Counted from the first letter of the stretch, positions 10,187 to 21,701 are shown. The stretch: 64,000 bases of DNA from an uncultured Bacteroidota bacterium (GCA_942493265.1 OW818688.1:4191147-4255146), one strand, 5' to 3'. A program made the numbers and translations. Notes: generated by a model from the sequence alone, not told the origin.

Positions 10187-11662
10187 ATGTCATTTGTTTC
10201 CGATAAAGTTGAATTTGAAGGTTTGACCTTCGATGATGTATTGTTAATACCGGCGTATTCTGAAGTTGTGCCCGGCTCAATCAATGTAAGTACGCGGTTT
10301 ACACAGCGAATAATACTTAACGCACCAATAGTATCCGCAGCAATGGATACGGTAACTGAAGCAGCCATGGCGATGGCAATTGCGCGTGAAGGGGGCATCG
10401 GGGTCATCCATAAAAACATGACCATCGAAGAGCAGGCCCGGCAGGTGGTGTCGGTCAAGCGCGCTGAGAACGGCATGATCATGGATCCGATCACCATACA
10501 TCCCGAACAAACCGTCGGAGATGCCCGTCATCTCATGAATGAGTTCCGGATCGGTGGTATTCCGGTAGTTAATGATCACCATATTCTGGTGGGGATCGTA
10601 ACCAATCGTGACCTTCGCTTTGAAAAAGACGACAATCGGCCCATTCGGGAGGTCATGACCACGGAAAATCTGATCACTACCTCTGAAACAGCCAATCTGG
10701 ATACGGCAGCAGACATCCTGCAGAAGAACAAAATCGAAAAACTCCCGGTAGTTGACAAGAATTATAAGCTGATCGGGCTGCTTACCTATAAGGACCTTAC
10801 CATTACCAAGGATCGCCCAAATGCATGCAAGGATGAACGCGGGCGTTTACGAGTGGCTGCAGCAGTTGGAATAGCCGGAAATACACATGAAAGAATCGCG
10901 GAACTGGTTGGTGCCGGTGTGGATGCGATTGTAATTGACACCGCTCACGGCCATACGAAAAGGGTGATCGATATCCTTAAAAAAGCCAAATCCACCTATC
11001 CTGATTTTGAATTTATTGCCGGAAATATTGGAACCGGAGATGCCGCCAAAGCCCTTTTAAAGGCAGGTGCATCAGCGGTTAAAGTTGGAATCGGTCCCGG
11101 TTCAATCTGCACCACCCGTGTGATTGCCGGTGTCGGAATCCCTCAGCTTAGCGCTATATACGAAGTATCCAAGGCTTTGCGCAATGAGGATATACCTGTA
11201 ATCGCCGATGGGGGAATCCGTTATTCGGGCGACATTGTAAAGGCACTTGCTGCAGGCGCAGATTCCGTTATGACAGGATCCTTGTTTGCCGGTACTGAAG
11301 AATCCCCGGGCGAAACCATTATCTACCAGGGCAGAAAATTCAAGTCATACCGTGGCATGGGATCTATCGAAGCCATGAACCAGGGCTCCAAGGATCGATA
11401 TTTTCAGGATGTGGAGGATGACATGAAGAAGCTTGTTCCGGAAGGGATAGCCGCCCGCGTACCCTATAAAGGCACGCTGAATGAGGTTATTTACCAGATG
11501 GTTGGCGGATTAAGAGCCGGAATGTTCTATTGCGGGGCCGGTAATATCAAAGAACTCCAAAAAGCTAAATTCGTAAGGATCACCAACAGCGGTATCGTTG
11601 AGAGTCATCCTCATGATGTAACCATAACCCGGGAATCACCGAATTATTCAAGAGAAGGGTAA
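10187..11662 (+). CDS. guaB: IMP dehydrogenase
   Basis: 491-aa ORF with an inserted CBS pair and the catalytic loop [11 protein letters not shown]. Full-length IMPDH layout. Confidence 0.95.
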   Translation: MSFVSDKVEFEGLTFDDVLLIPAYSEVVPGSINVSTRFTQRIILNAPIVSAAMDTVTEAAMAMAIAREGGIGVIHKNMTIEEQARQVVSVKRAENGMIMDPITIHPEQTVGDARHLMNEFRIGGIPVVNDHHILVGIVTNRDLRFEKDDNRPIREVMTTENLITTSETANLDTAADILQKNKIEKLPVVDKNYKLIGLLTYKDLTITKDRPNACKDERGRLRVAAAVGIAGNTHERIAELVGAGVDAIVIDTAHGHTKRVIDILKKAKSTYPDFEFIAGNIGTGDAAKALLKAGASAVKVGIGPGSICTTRVIAGVGIPQLSAIYEVSKALRNEDIPVIADGGIRYSGDIVKALAAGADSVMTGSLFAGTEESPGETIIYQGRKFKSYRGMGSIEAMNQGSKDRYFQDVEDDMKKLVPEGIAARVPYKGTLNEVIYQMVGGLRAGMFYCGAGNIKELQKAKFVRITNSGIVESHPHDVTITRESPNYSREG

Positions 11663-11727
11663 AACCTATACCAAACGAATCAGTTTAACGTTTTACAGAG
11701 GCATTTCTTATAAACCAGTAAATTATT

Positions 11728-13713
11728 ATGAAGCACAGTTCTTGCTTACGTACCGTATTTGCAGTCATACTGCTGTTACCCGGAATAGTAGCCTTTAATC
11801 AGGAATCCGTTTTAATGACTATCGGCGATAAACCAGTCTATGCCAGCGAGTTTACCCGAATACTGAATAAAAACAAGAATAACCTTTCCGGTCAGAAAAC
11901 TTCCGTTCAGGAGTCCCTCGATATGTTTGTGAACTTCAAACTCAAAGTCAGGGAAGCTGAATCACAGGGACTCGATACCACCGCATCGTTCAAAAAGGAG
12001 CTCGCAAGCAATCGCGAGCAACTTTCAAAGCCTTACCTGATGGATCAGGAAGTGACGGATGAACTGGTTAAGGAGGCATATGAACGCAGCAAATGGGAGG
12101 TCAGGGCCAGTCATATCCTGGTTGGCGTAAAACCTGATGCCCCTGCCGGAGATACCCTGCTTGCCTATCGCAAGGCACTTGCCGTGCGTGACCGGTTGAT
12201 AAAAGGCGAAAAATTTGAAGATGTCGCCAAGGAAGTGAGCGATGACATATCGGCCGCCACCAATGGAGGAGATATTGGCTACATGCCTGTTCTTCAGGTG
12301 GTTTATCCATTCGAAACTGCAATTTTCACCATGAAGATCGGGGAGCTTTCCATGCCGGTGCGCACCCAGTTCGGCTATCACATTATCCGGGTAACGGACA
12401 AGAAGCCTGCCCGCGGAAAGATTCATATAGCAACCATTTGGAAGTCATTTAATTACACGATGACTGACGAAGAAAAAGCAAAAGCAAAAGAAGAAATTCA
12501 GAACATATACCTGCAGCTGAAATCGGGTGCTGATTTCAACGATCTGGCCCGCAAATATTCCGACGACCGCACGATGGCAGTCCGTGGTGATGCCGGTTTC
12601 TGGATGGGTCCGAACCAAAAGGAACCTTCATTTGACCAGGCCGCCTATGGTTTAAAAAATCCGGGCGATATTACTGAACCGGTGGAAACTACATTAGGCT
12701 GGTTTATCATCCGCTTGCTCGACAAGAAGAACCCCGACACCTGGGATGAGGCCAAATCATTTTTATCCAACCAGATATCACGCGATACCCGGTCGCAGAA
12801 AAGCGAACAGGTGGTGGTTGAAAAGCTGAAAAAGGAATACAATTTTAAATTGAATACACCGAATCTTGAAGAATTCTACCGGTTGGTGAATCCTTCCATT
12901 TTCGACGGCAAATGGGATGCAAATCCGGCCCTTCAGAAAACAGGTGTTCTCTTTACATTGGGCGATATCACAGTACTTCAGAATGAATTCGCCAAACATC
13001 TTGTATTGACTTTCAAAAAAGGTACCGTAAGAACCATTGCTGAATTTGTGGATGAAAAATTCAATGATTTCGCCAAGACAAGAATTCTGGAATACGAAAA
13101 GACCCAGCTCGACAGAAAATATCCCGAGTTTCGCGACTTGTACCATGAGTTCCGCGATGGAAATCTCCTGTTCGAAATAACTGACAAAATGGTTTGGTCG
13201 AAAGCATCCAAGGATACCGCCGGCCTGCTTGCATTCTATAATGCCAATCAGGCAAAATACATGTGGCCGCAAAGACTTGATGGAGTAGTGATTTTTGCAA
13301 AAGGTGAGAATAACCTGATGAAAATGGTTGAAGAATACCGTTCAACCTTACAGAAAAAATGCAAGGAAGGCTGCGATGGCGTTACTGTTCAGAATATTCT
13401 CGGTGAAATAACCGAACGGTACTCAGGCAACAGTTTTGAAATAGAGGACAAGTTATTCGCCAAAGGCGATAACTGGATGGTTGATCAGATAAAATGGAAA
13501 CAGGGTGCATCAGATATTATCAATGAACAGGATACAAAAGTTTTTATCTGGACCAATTCCCTTATTGAACCCAGAGTTAAAAATCTTGATGATATTCGCG
13601 GTCAGGTTACTGCTGATTACCAGGATAATCTCGAAAAAGAGTGGATCAGATTATTGAGAGAGAAATATCCCGTAAAAATCAATCAGGATGTGTTATCGAA
13701 GATTAAACTTTAA
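11728..13713 (+). CDS. Periplasmic peptidyl-prolyl isomerase / chaperone (PpiC-type, PpiD/SurA-like)
   Basis: 661-aa ORF with a signal peptide. Two parvulin-like segments (RASHILV...GYHIIRV; GWFIIRL). Confidence 0.8.
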   Translation: MKHSSCLRTVFAVILLLPGIVAFNQESVLMTIGDKPVYASEFTRILNKNKNNLSGQKTSVQESLDMFVNFKLKVREAESQGLDTTASFKKELASNREQLSKPYLMDQEVTDELVKEAYERSKWEVRASHILVGVKPDAPAGDTLLAYRKALAVRDRLIKGEKFEDVAKEVSDDISAATNGGDIGYMPVLQVVYPFETAIFTMKIGELSMPVRTQFGYHIIRVTDKKPARGKIHIATIWKSFNYTMTDEEKAKAKEEIQNIYLQLKSGADFNDLARKYSDDRTMAVRGDAGFWMGPNQKEPSFDQAAYGLKNPGDITEPVETTLGWFIIRLLDKKNPDTWDEAKSFLSNQISRDTRSQKSEQVVVEKLKKEYNFKLNTPNLEEFYRLVNPSIFDGKWDANPALQKTGVLFTLGDITVLQNEFAKHLVLTFKKGTVRTIAEFVDEKFNDFAKTRILEYEKTQLDRKYPEFRDLYHEFRDGNLLFEITDKMVWSKASKDTAGLLAFYNANQAKYMWPQRLDGVVIFAKGENNLMKMVEEYRSTLQKKCKEGCDGVTVQNILGEITERYSGNSFEIEDKLFAKGDNWMVDQIKWKQGASDIINEQDTKVFIWTNSLIEPRVKNLDDIRGQVTADYQDNLEKEWIRLLREKYPVKINQDVLSKIKL

Positions 13714-14572
13714 CTCCGGTCCGATCAAGCTCTCCATACTGGCCATCCTGATACCGGTTTTATTTTCCTGCAGCTCTGAAACCACCAGGAAAAACGAAAA
13801 GCCGATTGCACGTGCCTATGGCAACTATCTGTACAAAAGCGAAATCCAGGGATTGATTCCGGAAGGAACCACGCCTGAGGATAGTACACAACTGGTTAAA
13901 TCATATATTGAACTTTGGCTGAAGAAAAAAGCGGTGGTCAATAAGGCCGAATTCAATCTAACCGAAGCTCAGAAAAATATTGATAACCTGCTGGAAGAAT
14001 ACCGAACATCGCTTCTTACGTATGCCTATGAAAAGCAGATGGTTGAACAAAAACTGGATACTGTTTTGAGTGACAGTGAGGTTCAGAATTACTATTACCA
14101 GTACAAGCAGGATTTCCTCCTGCAGGATCCCATAATCAAGGGAGTGTATTTCAGGATACTGCGAAATTCAAGCCGCCTCCGGGAATTCCGTGATCTTGCC
14201 CACTCCTCCGGCGACCTGGCCTATAAACGATTGGTTGATCTTGGTGCGCAGGTTGCTGAATACACCGATTCATTTGAAGAAAGCTGGCTTTCGTTTCCGC
14301 TTCTGATGCAAAAGATGCCCGGGACCGTGCAGGATCCGAAACAGTTTCTGCAACGTTATAAATATCTGGAAGCCGAAGATGACCGGTATTTCCACTTTGC
14401 CCGGATCATCGATTATAAACTACCCGGTGAATCAGCTCCGCTGGAATTCGTAAAACAGGAAATCCGCGATGTTTTACTCAATAAACGCAAGATGGATTTC
14501 CTCAAGCAGCTGGAAGAATCAATTTACAATGAAGCCGTTATACAAAACGATGTTGAAGTATATGAAAAATAG
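13688..14572 (+). CDS. Hypothetical lipoprotein (SurA-N/chaperone-like context)
   Basis: 294-aa ORF with a lipobox-like LFSCSS after a hydrophobic N-terminus. It sits between two PPIase chaperone genes and overlaps the upstream gene by 26 nt. Confidence 0.6.
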   Translation: MCYRRLNFNSGPIKLSILAILIPVLFSCSSETTRKNEKPIARAYGNYLYKSEIQGLIPEGTTPEDSTQLVKSYIELWLKKKAVVNKAEFNLTEAQKNIDNLLEEYRTSLLTYAYEKQMVEQKLDTVLSDSEVQNYYYQYKQDFLLQDPIIKGVYFRILRNSSRLREFRDLAHSSGDLAYKRLVDLGAQVAEYTDSFEESWLSFPLLMQKMPGTVQDPKQFLQRYKYLEAEDDRYFHFARIIDYKLPGESAPLEFVKQEIRDVLLNKRKMDFLKQLEESIYNEAVIQNDVEVYEK

Positions 14573-15983
14573 AATTACGGGCGTTCCGTCCATTTCGAAG
14601 GTTCCGGTTCTGCTGGCATTATTTGCCATGCTGGCCATGCCCAAATCGCTTGAGGCTCAGATAGTCGGCAAAAATGACACACTGGTTCTCGACCGGGTTG
14701 TTGCCGTAGTGGGCAAATATCCGATCCTTCAGTCGGACATTGAAAATCAGTATACGGAACTGAAAAGGCAAGGGTTTCCCTTTTCGACCGACCCAAGATG
14801 CTATATTCTTGAATCATTGCTGGTTAACAAACTCCTGATCATTCAGGCCGAGATTGACAGCGTGGAGGTCACAGATGAAGATGCACAAAGAACCGTAGAT
14901 TTGAAATTGCAGGAATTCATTATGACGGCAGGATCCCAGGAAAATCTGGAGGGCTATTTTAAAAAGTCGTTGCTCGAGATTAAAAAGGATCTGTTCAAGC
15001 CTCAGAAAGATATGATGATTGCCAAGAAGATGGAGGGCGAGATCACCAGTAAAGTAGCCGTCACCCCATCAGAAGTCCAGAAGTTTTACAAGCAGATTCC
15101 AGCGAATGAGATTCCACTCAGGCCGGCAGCCATGGAAATCCGTGAAATCGTGATCAAGCCGGATGTATCGGAAGCCGAGATCACCCGGATTCAGAACCGG
15201 TTAAAAGAGTTCAGGGACCGGATTCAAAAAGGGGAAAGCTTCACTACACTTGCAGTTCTCTATTCCGAGGACAAAGCCTCTGCTCCACGCGGAGGTGAAC
15301 TGGGTATGATGCCAAGAAGCAACCTGGTGCCGGAATTTGCCGCAGTGGCCTTTAATCTAAAAGGGAACGAAATTTCCAGGGTGGTTAAAACCGAATTCGG
15401 ATATCACATCATGCAGCTGATCGACAGGCGCGGCGACGTGATCAATGTGAAGCATATCCTGCTTTCACCCAAGCCAACGATTGAAGAAAAGGCAGTGGTA
15501 CGCACCAAGCTCGATAGCATTGCGCAGGCAATCAGGGAGAACAAGATCAGCTTCGAGGATGCCGCCCTGAAATACAGCACAGCGAAAGATACCCGCGCAA
15601 ACGGCGGGTTGCTCGTCAATAACGGAAGTCCGCAGAATCCTGAATCACAAAATATCAATACCACCTGGTTTGAACCCCAGGAGTTGAGCCCCGAGATTTT
15701 CAATGCCGTTAAAACACTGAAAATCGGCGAAATATCGAAGGTTATTGAAACAATGGATGATAACAATGCTGTGGTTTATAAAATAGTTTCCATAAAATCG
15801 AATAACCCGGCTCACAAGGCTGATCTCCGTCAGGATTATCAGTATCTGCAAAACCTTGCTCTTGGTAAAAGCAGGCAGAAGACAATCAGTGAGTGGATTG
15901 AAAAGAAGCAGGAATCGATGTATATCCGCATTGACAAGGATTTTCAGTCCTGTAAGTTTGAACATAAAGGATGGGTGAAGTAA
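14562..15983 (+). CDS. SurA-like peptidyl-prolyl isomerase chaperone
   Basis: The track ORF begins at 14469. I prefer the internal ATG at 14562 (MKNRITGVPS...), which is followed by a signal peptide and overlaps the upstream stop by 11 nt. Parvulin motif FGYHIMQLI. Confidence 0.8.
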   Translation: MKNRITGVPSISKVPVLLALFAMLAMPKSLEAQIVGKNDTLVLDRVVAVVGKYPILQSDIENQYTELKRQGFPFSTDPRCYILESLLVNKLLIIQAEIDSVEVTDEDAQRTVDLKLQEFIMTAGSQENLEGYFKKSLLEIKKDLFKPQKDMMIAKKMEGEITSKVAVTPSEVQKFYKQIPANEIPLRPAAMEIREIVIKPDVSEAEITRIQNRLKEFRDRIQKGESFTTLAVLYSEDKASAPRGGELGMMPRSNLVPEFAAVAFNLKGNEISRVVKTEFGYHIMQLIDRRGDVINVKHILLSPKPTIEEKAVVRTKLDSIAQAIRENKISFEDAALKYSTAKDTRANGGLLVNNGSPQNPESQNINTTWFEPQELSPEIFNAVKTLKIGEISKVIETMDDNNAVVYKIVSIKSNNPAHKADLRQDYQYLQNLALGKSRQKTISEWIEKKQESMYIRIDKDFQSCKFEHKGWVK

Positions 15984-15984
15984 T

Positions 15985-16941
15985 ATGGGCGATAAAGAAG
16001 CAGTTGACAAATTAAGGGTCTCATACGAGCAATTCTTCAATGAGATCCGAAAGGTTATCATTGGTCAGGATCAGGTAGTGGAAGAGGTGCTGGTCAGCAT
16101 TTTCAGCCGCGGGCATTGCTTGCTCGTGGGTGTTCCCGGATTGGCCAAAACATTGCTGGTTACCACGATATCCAAAATCCTCGGATTGGATTTTAAAAGG
16201 ATCCAGTTTACTCCCGACCTGATGCCATCTGACATTATCGGAACGGAAATCCTGGATTCGAACCGTCAGTTTAAGTTTGTCAAAGGGCCATTGTTTGCTC
16301 ATATGATTTTGGCCGACGAGATTAACCGGACCCCGCCGAAAACCCAGTCGGCCCTGCTGGAAGCGATGCAGGAAAAATCCGTTACATCCGGTGGTGTCCG
16401 TTATGGATTACCGGATCCCTTTTTCGTGCTGGCCACACAGAATCCGATCGAGCAGGAAGGCACCTATCCGTTGCCGGAGGCACAGCTCGACCGTTTTATG
16501 TTGAATATCCTGCTGGATTATCCGGCCTTTGAGGATGAGATCACTATTGTGAAGAGAACGACTTCTGATACGGAAGCTACCCTGAATCAGGTAATTTCGA
16601 AAGAAGAGATCCTCTTTTACCAGGATCTTATCCGCAGGGTGCCGGTAAACCACAGTGTAATTGAATGGGCAGTAAACCTGGCCTCCAAAACCCGTCCCAC
16701 CAGTCCCCTGGCCCATCCTATGGCCAAGGACAACCTGATCTGGGGTGCAGGTCCGAGGGCATCACAATTCCTGATTATCGGAGCCAAAACACATGCAGTT
16801 TTAAACGGAAAATATTCACCCGATATTGAGGATGTGCGGGCGATTGCTCCGGCAATCCTGAGGCACAGGATTATCAGGAACTACAAAGCCGAAGCAAAGG
16901 GAATTTCGGTTGAAGATATTATCAATGAGATGCTGGCATAA
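15985..16941 (+). CDS. MoxR-family AAA+ ATPase
   Basis: 318-aa ORF with Walker A GVPGLAKT and Walker B ILADEINR. Size and layout are typical of MoxR. Confidence 0.9.
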   Translation: MGDKEAVDKLRVSYEQFFNEIRKVIIGQDQVVEEVLVSIFSRGHCLLVGVPGLAKTLLVTTISKILGLDFKRIQFTPDLMPSDIIGTEILDSNRQFKFVKGPLFAHMILADEINRTPPKTQSALLEAMQEKSVTSGGVRYGLPDPFFVLATQNPIEQEGTYPLPEAQLDRFMLNILLDYPAFEDEITIVKRTTSDTEATLNQVISKEEILFYQDLIRRVPVNHSVIEWAVNLASKTRPTSPLAHPMAKDNLIWGAGPRASQFLIIGAKTHAVLNGKYSPDIEDVRAIAPAILRHRIIRNYKAEAKGISVEDIINEMLA

Positions 16942-18433
16942 ATGGTGGATCCTGACAGCCATTGTGCTGTCATCAAACCTGGCCGTGCAGTCCCAGGAAA
17001 CCAAGATCGTTGATTTCTACGCCGAACTGACCACTGTTGACCCGTCAATCGGTAATGGCATTACGCGTTTGATCGGGAATGTGTGGATGAAGCATAACAA
17101 CCTGACGCTTACCTGCGACAGTGCCTATCTGGATCAAACAACCAATGTATTTAAAGGATTCAGCCGTGTCCATATCATCAAGGCTGACACGCTTCACGTT
17201 TGGGCAAAGAAGCTCGATTACAACGGTCAGACTGAACTTGCCCGGTTAGAGGGTAATGTTCTGATGGACAATGGGAAAGAGACACTAAAGGCTCCGAGGC
17301 TCGATTACGATATGAAAGATGAAACGGCCGTATATTATGGCGGAGGCCAGATCATCGACAGTTTAAATGTGGTGGAAAGTTTCTGGGGATACTATTATTT
17401 AAAGCTGGATGAATTTGTGTTTAAGGATAATGTATCGCTCACCAATCCCGACAATACCCTCTTTACCGACAGTCTGAGATATAATTCCAAAACTGAGACC
17501 ATGAGGTTCGAAGGCCCTTCGGAGATATTCAGCGATTCAAACTATATAGCCTGCAACCGCGGCTATCTGGATACCCGGAACAAAACATCCACCTTTTCCA
17601 AAGATGTGTACATGCAGGCACGGCAGCAGAATTTGCACACCGACAGTCTGTTATACAATCAGAACGGGAATTTCACCGAAGCTTTCCGGAATGTTATCCT
17701 GAAGGACACCGTGGAGAACATGATTATTCACGGGGAGCATCTGTTTTACGATGAAGGCAACAACCGGTTCCAGATCACAGAGGATGTGCTATACATCATG
17801 ACCGGCGAAAAGGACAGTTTGTTCCTGCATTCCGATACGCTGATATCAACACGGGAAACGGTGAGTGAATCCAGGCGTATTCAGGCGTATCCGCATGTTC
17901 AGTTTTACCGGGCAGATATACAGGGGCGGTGTGATTCACTTGATTACCTGGTAATCGACAGTTTGATACAATTATTCAAGGAACCGGTTATCTGGCAGAA
18001 TAACAATCAGTTATCGGCAGATACGATTGGTATCCGGCTGGGGACAAAGGTAATAGAGCAGATGGAATTGAAGAGCGGGGGCTTTATGATTACGCAGGAG
18101 GACAGCATTAAGTTTAATCAGATAAAGGGAAAAGAAATAATCGGATATTTTGTTTCTGACCAGCTGAATCATGTAGATGTAACCGGCAATGGCGAATCCC
18201 TTTTCTACCCGAAAGACGGGGAGCAATTCATCGGCCAGAACAAGGTATTAAGCAGTATTATTAAAATCTATTTTATTTCAGGAAAAGTCGACCGGATTGC
18301 CTCCATTACGGATCCGGATTCCAGGCTGACACCAATAAAGGACCTGACTGAGAAAGATTTATATCTGGAGGGATTTAAGTGGCAGGGGGACAAACGACCA
18401 CTCACCCGTGATGACATCAGGGTATGGAAATAA
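16925..18433 (+). CDS. OstA/LptA-like domain periplasmic protein
   Basis: The track ORF starts at TTG 16910. I prefer ATG 16925 (MRCWHKWWILTAIVLSS..., signal-like). The repetitive beta-rich sequence resembles OstA-like_N repeats. The function call is tentative. Confidence 0.5.
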   Translation: MRCWHKWWILTAIVLSSNLAVQSQETKIVDFYAELTTVDPSIGNGITRLIGNVWMKHNNLTLTCDSAYLDQTTNVFKGFSRVHIIKADTLHVWAKKLDYNGQTELARLEGNVLMDNGKETLKAPRLDYDMKDETAVYYGGGQIIDSLNVVESFWGYYYLKLDEFVFKDNVSLTNPDNTLFTDSLRYNSKTETMRFEGPSEIFSDSNYIACNRGYLDTRNKTSTFSKDVYMQARQQNLHTDSLLYNQNGNFTEAFRNVILKDTVENMIIHGEHLFYDEGNNRFQITEDVLYIMTGEKDSLFLHSDTLISTRETVSESRRIQAYPHVQFYRADIQGRCDSLDYLVIDSLIQLFKEPVIWQNNNQLSADTIGIRLGTKVIEQMELKSGGFMITQEDSIKFNQIKGKEIIGYFVSDQLNHVDVTGNGESLFYPKDGEQFIGQNKVLSSIIKIYFISGKVDRIASITDPDSRLTPIKDLTEKDLYLEGFKWQGDKRPLTRDDIRVWK

Positions 18434-18437
18434 AACA

Positions 18438-18453
18438 GGCACCTTTCGGTGCC
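18438..18453 (-). terminator. Hairpin between convergent genes (GGCACC-TTTC-GGTGCC)
   Basis: Perfect 6-bp GC-rich stem. On the minus strand it is followed by TGTTTTATTT, downstream of the DUF2795 gene. Confidence 0.4.
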
Positions 18454-18463
18454 CGTTCAACTA

Positions 18464-18685
18464 TTAATATTCTTCCTCATTAAAGAAGAAATCGTCCTTG
18501 CTGGGGTAATCAGGCCAGATGTCCTCTATACTTTCATAGATTTCACCTTCATCTTCAATTTCCTGCAAATTTTCGATCACTTCGAGAGGCGCTCCGGAAC
18601 GAATGCCAAAATCGATAAGCTCATCCTTGGTTGCTGGCCAGGGAGCATCTTCCAGTTTGGATGCTAATTCAAGTGTCCAATACAT
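18464..18685 (-). CDS. Small DUF2795-like protein
   Basis: 73-aa ORF. The sequence WPATKDELIDFGIRSGAPLEVIENLQ matches the DUF2795 pattern as I remember it. Confidence 0.6.
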   Translation of the reverse strand: MYWTLELASKLEDAPWPATKDELIDFGIRSGAPLEVIENLQEIEDEGEIYESIEDIWPDYPSKDDFFFNEEEY

Positions 18686-18768
18686 ATCTGTAGATTATTA
18701 GGGGCTAATTTTCCGCAAATGTAAATTAATTCCCATAATATGCAATAGCCTCAAAAGAATGTTGATAA

Positions 18769-19473
18769 CTAGACAATTCTGCGTTCGTTGGGCTTATCGC
18801 TCTCGATATGACCATCAAGCAAACGGATGATTCTTTGTGCCCGCTGGGCGATATCCTCTTCGTGTGTGACTACAATTATAGTATTGCCCTGTTCATGAAT
18901 ATCTCCGATGAGTTTCATGATATCAACAGATGTTTTTGAATCCAGGTTTCCGGTAGGTTCATCCGCCAGAATAATGGCAGGATTGTTAACCAAAGCCCGC
19001 GCAACAGCAACGCGCTGACGCTGTCCGCCGGACAGTTCGTTAGGCTTATGGGTGACCCTGTCGGAAAGGCCAACCTTATCCAGCACCTTCAGTCCACGGG
19101 CGCGACGCTCATGTTTGGGAATTCCGCCATAGATCAATGGAAGGATAACATTTTCCAGCGCATCATAGCGGGGAAGGAGGTTGAAAGTTTGAAAAATAAA
19201 ACCAATCTCCTTGTTTCGGATTACTGCCAGTTCATCATCAACCATCTGACTGACATCGGTGCCGTTCAAAAAATAGTGACCGCTTGTTGGAGTATCCAGG
19301 GCGCCCAGAATATTCATCAGGGTAGATTTTCCAGATCCTGAAGGGCCCATTATGGCAACATATTCACCCTTTTTTATCACCAGGTCGATTCCGCGCAAGG
19401 CTTCCACAACCTGAGTTCCTACCATATAATTTTTGACGAGTCCCTTAAGGGAAATCATTTGTTCCATAATCAA
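18769..19473 (-). CDS. ABC transporter ATP-binding protein (MacB/LolD-type)
   Basis: 234-aa ORF with Walker [10 protein letters not shown], signature LSGGQRQR and Walker B ILADEPTG. Confidence 0.9.
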   Translation of the reverse strand: MIMEQMISLKGLVKNYMVGTQVVEALRGIDLVIKKGEYVAIMGPSGSGKSTLMNILGALDTPTSGHYFLNGTDVSQMVDDELAVIRNKEIGFIFQTFNLLPRYDALENVILPLIYGGIPKHERRARGLKVLDKVGLSDRVTHKPNELSGGQRQRVAVARALVNNPAIILADEPTGNLDSKTSVDIMKLIGDIHEQGNTIIVVTHEEDIAQRAQRIIRLLDGHIESDKPNERRIV

Positions 19474-19579
19474 AGCGGTTTGGGGTACAAAATTATCCGG
19501 TAAATCATGATTATGGTATTATTGCGGAATTATTAACAATATTTAACAAAGCCGGCGATAACTGCTAAATTCGTGCGCA

Positions 19580-21691
19580 ATGGATTCCCTGCTTCAATCA
19601 GACATAAAATTCCTGCCCGGCGTTGGTCCCCGGAGGGCCGAAATGCTGTTTAACGAACTTGGAGTAAGAAGCTTCGAGGACCTACTGCGTCATTATCCAT
19701 ATAAATATACCGACCGCACCCGCTTTTACACCATCAGTGAGATTAATTCAGTTGAAGCGATGATCCAGCTGCGCGGGAAGGTGACGTTCATGGAGCTGAT
19801 CGGCAAGAAGCCCCGTCAAAGGCTTACTGCACGATTTGAAGATTCCACCGGATCCATGGAGCTGATCTGGTTCCAGGGAATCAAATGGGTTCAGCAAACA
19901 GTGAAGCTGGGCGTTGAATACGTAATATTCGGAAAGCCAGCAATTTTTAACGGCAAATACTCCATCATGCACCCTGAAATGGAGGAATCCGCGAAAACCG
20001 AGCAGGTGGCCTATCCGTATACTTACCAGGCAGCCTACCCTACTACAGAAAAAATGAAATCCAACTTTCTGAGTTCCAGGGCTATTCACAAGCTTCAATA
20101 TCAACTGCTTCAAAAAACATATGGCAAAATCCCGGAAACCCTTCCGGCAACTCTTCTGGCTACGCTCAAATTTCCGGGCATTAATGATACCATCCTGAAT
20201 GTGCATTTCCCGAAAGATCAGGAATCATTGAAAACTGCGCGCTACCGGTTAAAATTCGAAGAATTCTTTTTGATCCAGCTGGGACTGCTCCGCCAGAAGA
20301 ACTTCAAGAACCGTAAGATCAAGGGATTTGTATTTCCGAAGATCGGGGAATTATTCAATCGGTTCTATGCTGAGCATCTTCCATTTGAAATGACCGGAGC
20401 GCAGAAAAGGGTAATGCGTGAAATCCGCAAGGATCTGGGAACGGGATTGCAGATGAACCGGCTGCTTCAGGGAGATGTGGGCAGCGGAAAAACCCTGGTG
20501 GCCCTGCTAAGCATGCTCATTGCCCTCGACAACGGTTTCCAGGTATGTTTGATGGCTCCCACTGAAATTCTGGCACAGCAGCATTACCAGACCTTTACCC
20601 GCATGCTTGCCAACCTTCCGATACATGTGAGGCTTCTTACCGGGTCCACAAAAAATGCTCACCGTACCTCCCTTCATGAAGAATTGCGCGAAGGGGAACT
20701 GGATATCCTGATCGGAACGCACGCATTGATTGAGGATACGGTGCAATTCAAGAATCTCGGTCTGGTTGTGATCGATGAACAGCACCGTTTCGGGGTGGCC
20801 CAGCGCGCCCGGTTGTGGGCAAAGGCTGATGATATCCTGCCCCATATCCTGGTTATGACCGCCACGCCGATTCCGAGAACGCTGGCTATGACTCTGTATG
20901 GTGACCTTGACATATCGGTGATTGATGAGCTGCCTCCGGGTCGTAAACCCATTCAAACCGTGCATTACTATGATTCCAAGCGGCTGGTGGTATTTGAATT
21001 CCTTAGAAAACAGATTGCTCAGGGCCGGCAAATTTATATTGTTTATCCATTGATTCAGGAATCGGAAAAACTGGACTTCAAAAACCTGTATGATGGTTAT
21101 GAAAGTATTACGCGGGCATTTCCGGCTCCGGAATACGCGGTATCCGTTTTGCATGGCCAGATGAAAGCCGAAGAAAAGGCCAAAGCAATGGACTATTTTG
21201 TAAAAGGGATTACCAAGATCATGGTTTCCACCACAGTTATTGAGGTGGGGGTTGATGTGCCCAATGCTTCCGTTATGATGATCGAGAGTGCTGAACGATT
21301 CGGATTGAGCCAGCTGCATCAGCTCAGGGGACGGGTTGGACGCGGAGCCGATCAATCCTATTGCATCCTGATGAGCGGATTCAAGCTCTCGAAAGAGGGA
21401 AAAACCCGGATTGAAACCATGGTACGAACCAACGACGGATTTGAAATCGCAGAGGTTGATATGAAATTAAGGGGTCCGGGCGATCTGGAAGGCACCCAGC
21501 AAAGTGGAGTGCCCTTTAACCTGTCGATCGCCAATCTTCTGACCGACACCAAGATACTCGAACATGCCCGACGGGTGGCACAGGATGTACTTGAAAATGA
21601 TCCGTTGCTGGAAACAAATGAAAATCAGATTCTTGTTGAACAATTAGCCCGGCAGAAACGTGAAGTAAAAGACTGGAGCCGGATTTCGTAA
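19580..21691 (+). CDS. recG: ATP-dependent DNA helicase RecG
   Basis: 703-aa ORF with a wedge-domain N-terminus, GDVGSGKT, DEQHRFG and the RecG-type C-terminus. Confidence 0.9.
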   Translation: MDSLLQSDIKFLPGVGPRRAEMLFNELGVRSFEDLLRHYPYKYTDRTRFYTISEINSVEAMIQLRGKVTFMELIGKKPRQRLTARFEDSTGSMELIWFQGIKWVQQTVKLGVEYVIFGKPAIFNGKYSIMHPEMEESAKTEQVAYPYTYQAAYPTTEKMKSNFLSSRAIHKLQYQLLQKTYGKIPETLPATLLATLKFPGINDTILNVHFPKDQESLKTARYRLKFEEFFLIQLGLLRQKNFKNRKIKGFVFPKIGELFNRFYAEHLPFEMTGAQKRVMREIRKDLGTGLQMNRLLQGDVGSGKTLVALLSMLIALDNGFQVCLMAPTEILAQQHYQTFTRMLANLPIHVRLLTGSTKNAHRTSLHEELREGELDILIGTHALIEDTVQFKNLGLVVIDEQHRFGVAQRARLWAKADDILPHILVMTATPIPRTLAMTLYGDLDISVIDELPPGRKPIQTVHYYDSKRLVVFEFLRKQIAQGRQIYIVYPLIQESEKLDFKNLYDGYESITRAFPAPEYAVSVLHGQMKAEEKAKAMDYFVKGITKIMVSTTVIEVGVDVPNASVMMIESAERFGLSQLHQLRGRVGRGADQSYCILMSGFKLSKEGKTRIETMVRTNDGFEIAEVDMKLRGPGDLEGTQQSGVPFNLSIANLLTDTKILEHARRVAQDVLENDPLLETNENQILVEQLARQKREVKDWSRIS

Positions 21692-21701
21692 AACCTAACC
21701 G

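Noticed and set aside
15985-18433. The MoxR ATPase as the start of a Bat (aerotolerance)-type MoxR / DUF58 / vWA operon.
   Set aside because: The downstream gene is OstA-like. There are no DUF58, vWA or TPR genes, so the Bat-type system is not present here.
20507-21355. A 282-aa ORF antisense to recG. Similar long antisense ORFs occur at 19748-20206, 12778-13272, 22566-23087, 29525-29971, 44410-44934, 52704-53168 and 61109-61594.
   Set aside because: Each lies entirely inside, and opposite to, a gene with strong family motifs. Their translations are low-complexity with no recognisable motifs. These are typical shadow ORFs.
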